From Macrostomum lignano (lineage: Eukaryota): DNA of 64,000 bases. Positions 12,842 through 64,000 of this stretch are shown here, piece by piece. Within the stretch, counting starts at the first letter, position 1. Every line of letters begins with the position of its first letter. A program made the position numbers and the translations under genes. Below the pieces are notes generated by a model, which was not told where the DNA came from, made no database searches, and saw only the letters and a program-made list of their open reading frames with translations. Where the stretch lies: contig NIVC01000160.1 in NCBI GenBank assembly GCA_002269645.1, positions 32,514 to 96,513 of the forward strand, given 5' to 3'.

Positions 12842-13370
12842 TGTGTCTTTGTGTATGATGTGTCTGTGTGTTTGATTGTGTGATGTGTCTGTTGTGTTTG
12901 ATGTGTGCGATGTGGCTGTGTGTATGATGTGTCTGTGTGTATGATGTGTGTGATGTGTCTGTGTGTATGATGTGTGTGATGTGTCTGTGTGTATGGTGTG
13001 TGTGATGTGGCTGTGTGTATGATGTGTGTGATGTGTCTGTGTGTATGATATGTGTGATGTGTCTATGTGTATGATGTGTCTGTGTGTATGATGTGTGTGA
13101 TGTCTCTGTGTTTGATGTGTGTGATGTGGCTGTGTGTATGATGTGTGTGATGTGTCTGTGTGTATGATGTGTCTATGTGTATGATTTGTCTGTGTGTATG
13201 ATGTGTGTGATGTGTCTGTGTGTATGATGTGTCTATGTGTATGATTTGTCTGTGTGTATGATGTGTATGATGTCTCTGTGTGTATGATGCGTGTCATTGT
13301 GTGTGACGTGTCTGTTTGTTTGACATGTGTGATTGTGGGATGTGTTAACTTGTGTTTTATGTGTGTGTAG
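12725..13370. repeat. (TG)n microsatellite with derived TG/ATG higher-order repeats
   Basis: Pure (TG)n near 12790-12840 followed by GTGTATGATGTGTGTGATGTGTCT-like units. Confidence 0.9.
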
Positions 13371-13922
13371 GTAATATTTGATGCATGTGTGTGTACTCAA
13401 GCAGACTCACCCAGTGCAACTCAGCAGCCCGTGCATACTCTTACTCAAGAGAATATGAATCCGAATTGGAGTTTAGCACAGCTGATAAACTTTCATTTCT
13501 AACTCTCTCTCATCAGAGCTCTGGCTGCTCTCTGTTTGAACTGCTGGTTGTTCATTCAGCATGCAGCCCTTTCTGCATGGCCATTTTGCCCGATCATGTG
13601 GGCATATTTATCTAATTACACAATTAGCAGAAGTGGCTTCGACAATGCAGCAATGCAAGGCAACGCAGACGATAGAAACCGGCTGTGCAAAAGACAAGAC
13701 TCTTCTTCTTCTTTTTGCGAGGCTCTCAAAATATTCTGCCCATATATTGGCACAGGCTATATTAGAAAGCCGAAAAGAAGAGAAGGGAGAGAGTGTTTTG
13801 AGCAAATTGTTTATAAATCTGTTTCAGTGCTGTCGTGTCATTTTTTTAATCTTTGAATGTAGAATTTATGGAATTATTAATCATTGCTGCCTGAGTACAG
13901 CTGGTATCGGTAGTTTTCATTG

Positions 13923-63172
<49,250 letters not shown>

Positions 63173-63219
63173 GTAAACGGCTCGAATATTTTTAAGGATT
63201 TTATAGGATTCTGTGAATC

Positions 63220-64000
63220 TATGGAATCTGTGAACTCTGTGAATCTATGGAATCTGTGAACTCTGTGAATCTATGGAATCTGTGAACTCTGTGAATCTAT
63301 GGAATCTGTGAACTCTGTGAATCTATGGAATCTGTGAACTCTGTGAATCTATGGAATCTGTGAACTCTGTGAATCTATGGAATCTGTGAACTCTGTGAAT
63401 CTATGGAATCTGTGAACTCTGTGAATCTATGGAATCTGTGAACTCTGTGAATCTATGGAATCTGTGAACTCTGTGAATCTATGGAATCTGTGAACTCTGT
63501 GAATCTATGGAATCTGTGAACCTGAGGAAGCTGTAAATCGGTAGAATCTGTGAACCCTGTGAATCTGAGGAATCGGTGAATCGGTAGAATCTGTGAACCC
63601 TGTGAACCTATTCCATCTGTGAATCGATTCCATCTGTGAATCTATTCCGTCTGTGGATCGATAAAATCTGTGAGTCTATGGAATCTGTGAATCTATGGAA
63701 TCTGTAAATGTATGGAGGCTGTGATATCTGAATTTATGGAATCTGTGAATTTATAAAATCTGCGAATCTATGTAATCTGTGAATCTATGGAATCTGTGAA
63801 TCTATGGAATCTGTGAATCTATGGAATCTGTGAATCTATGGACTCTGTGAATCTATGGAACCTGTGAATCTATGGAATCTGTGAATCTATGGAACCTGTG
63901 AATCTATGGAATCTGTGAATCTATGGAATCTGTGAATCTATGGAATCTGTGAATCTATGGAATCTGTGAATCTATGGAACCTGTGAATCTATGGAATCTG
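63220..64000. repeat. 26-bp then 17-bp minisatellite running off the window
   Basis: GAATCTATGGAATCTGTGAACTCTGT, then GAATCTATGGAATCTGT. Confidence 0.95.

Noticed and set aside
4502-13530. Hammerhead ribozyme cores at CTGATGA sites (4503 plus strand; about 13515 minus strand)
   Set aside because: The first has a small stem but no following GAAA; the second has GAAA but no G-C closing pair or supporting stems I and III.

Overview
Eukaryotic animal genomic DNA: GC-rich exons, GT-AG introns, no prokaryotic features. The style resembles a Macrostomum-type free-living flatworm, but that is inference only. Three genes lie on the + strand. (1) The 3' part of C2CD5 (1-4505). (2) A complete morgue-like gene (7711-10934) encoding a C4 zinc finger, an F-box and an E2 variant with the catalytic Cys replaced by Gly. 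(3) A giant nesprin-1/Msp300-like gene (two CH domains plus spectrin repeats) from about 13.9 kb to past the window end, with about 5,000 codons in about 29 exons. Its first intron holds several candidate alternative first exons, all phase 1 and most carrying an RRxS-type motif. Hand-splicing shows frame anomalies in the nesprin copy: an 11-nt copy of the downstream splice acceptor placed in front of a donor (possibly rescued by a 10-nt microexon), a compensated frameshift pair and one uncompensated frameshift. Most introns are filled by their own minisatellite. Several repeat units carry exact transcription-factor consensus motifs (CCAAT/NF-Y, TCAAGGTCA, kappaB-like, CRE, Pol III B-box). A quasi-palindromic 12-mer recurs only in the short introns. 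Also present: a hAT-type MITE with an 8-bp TSD and tRNA-derived CORE-like SINEs. All splice models and counts are manual and have no transcript support.
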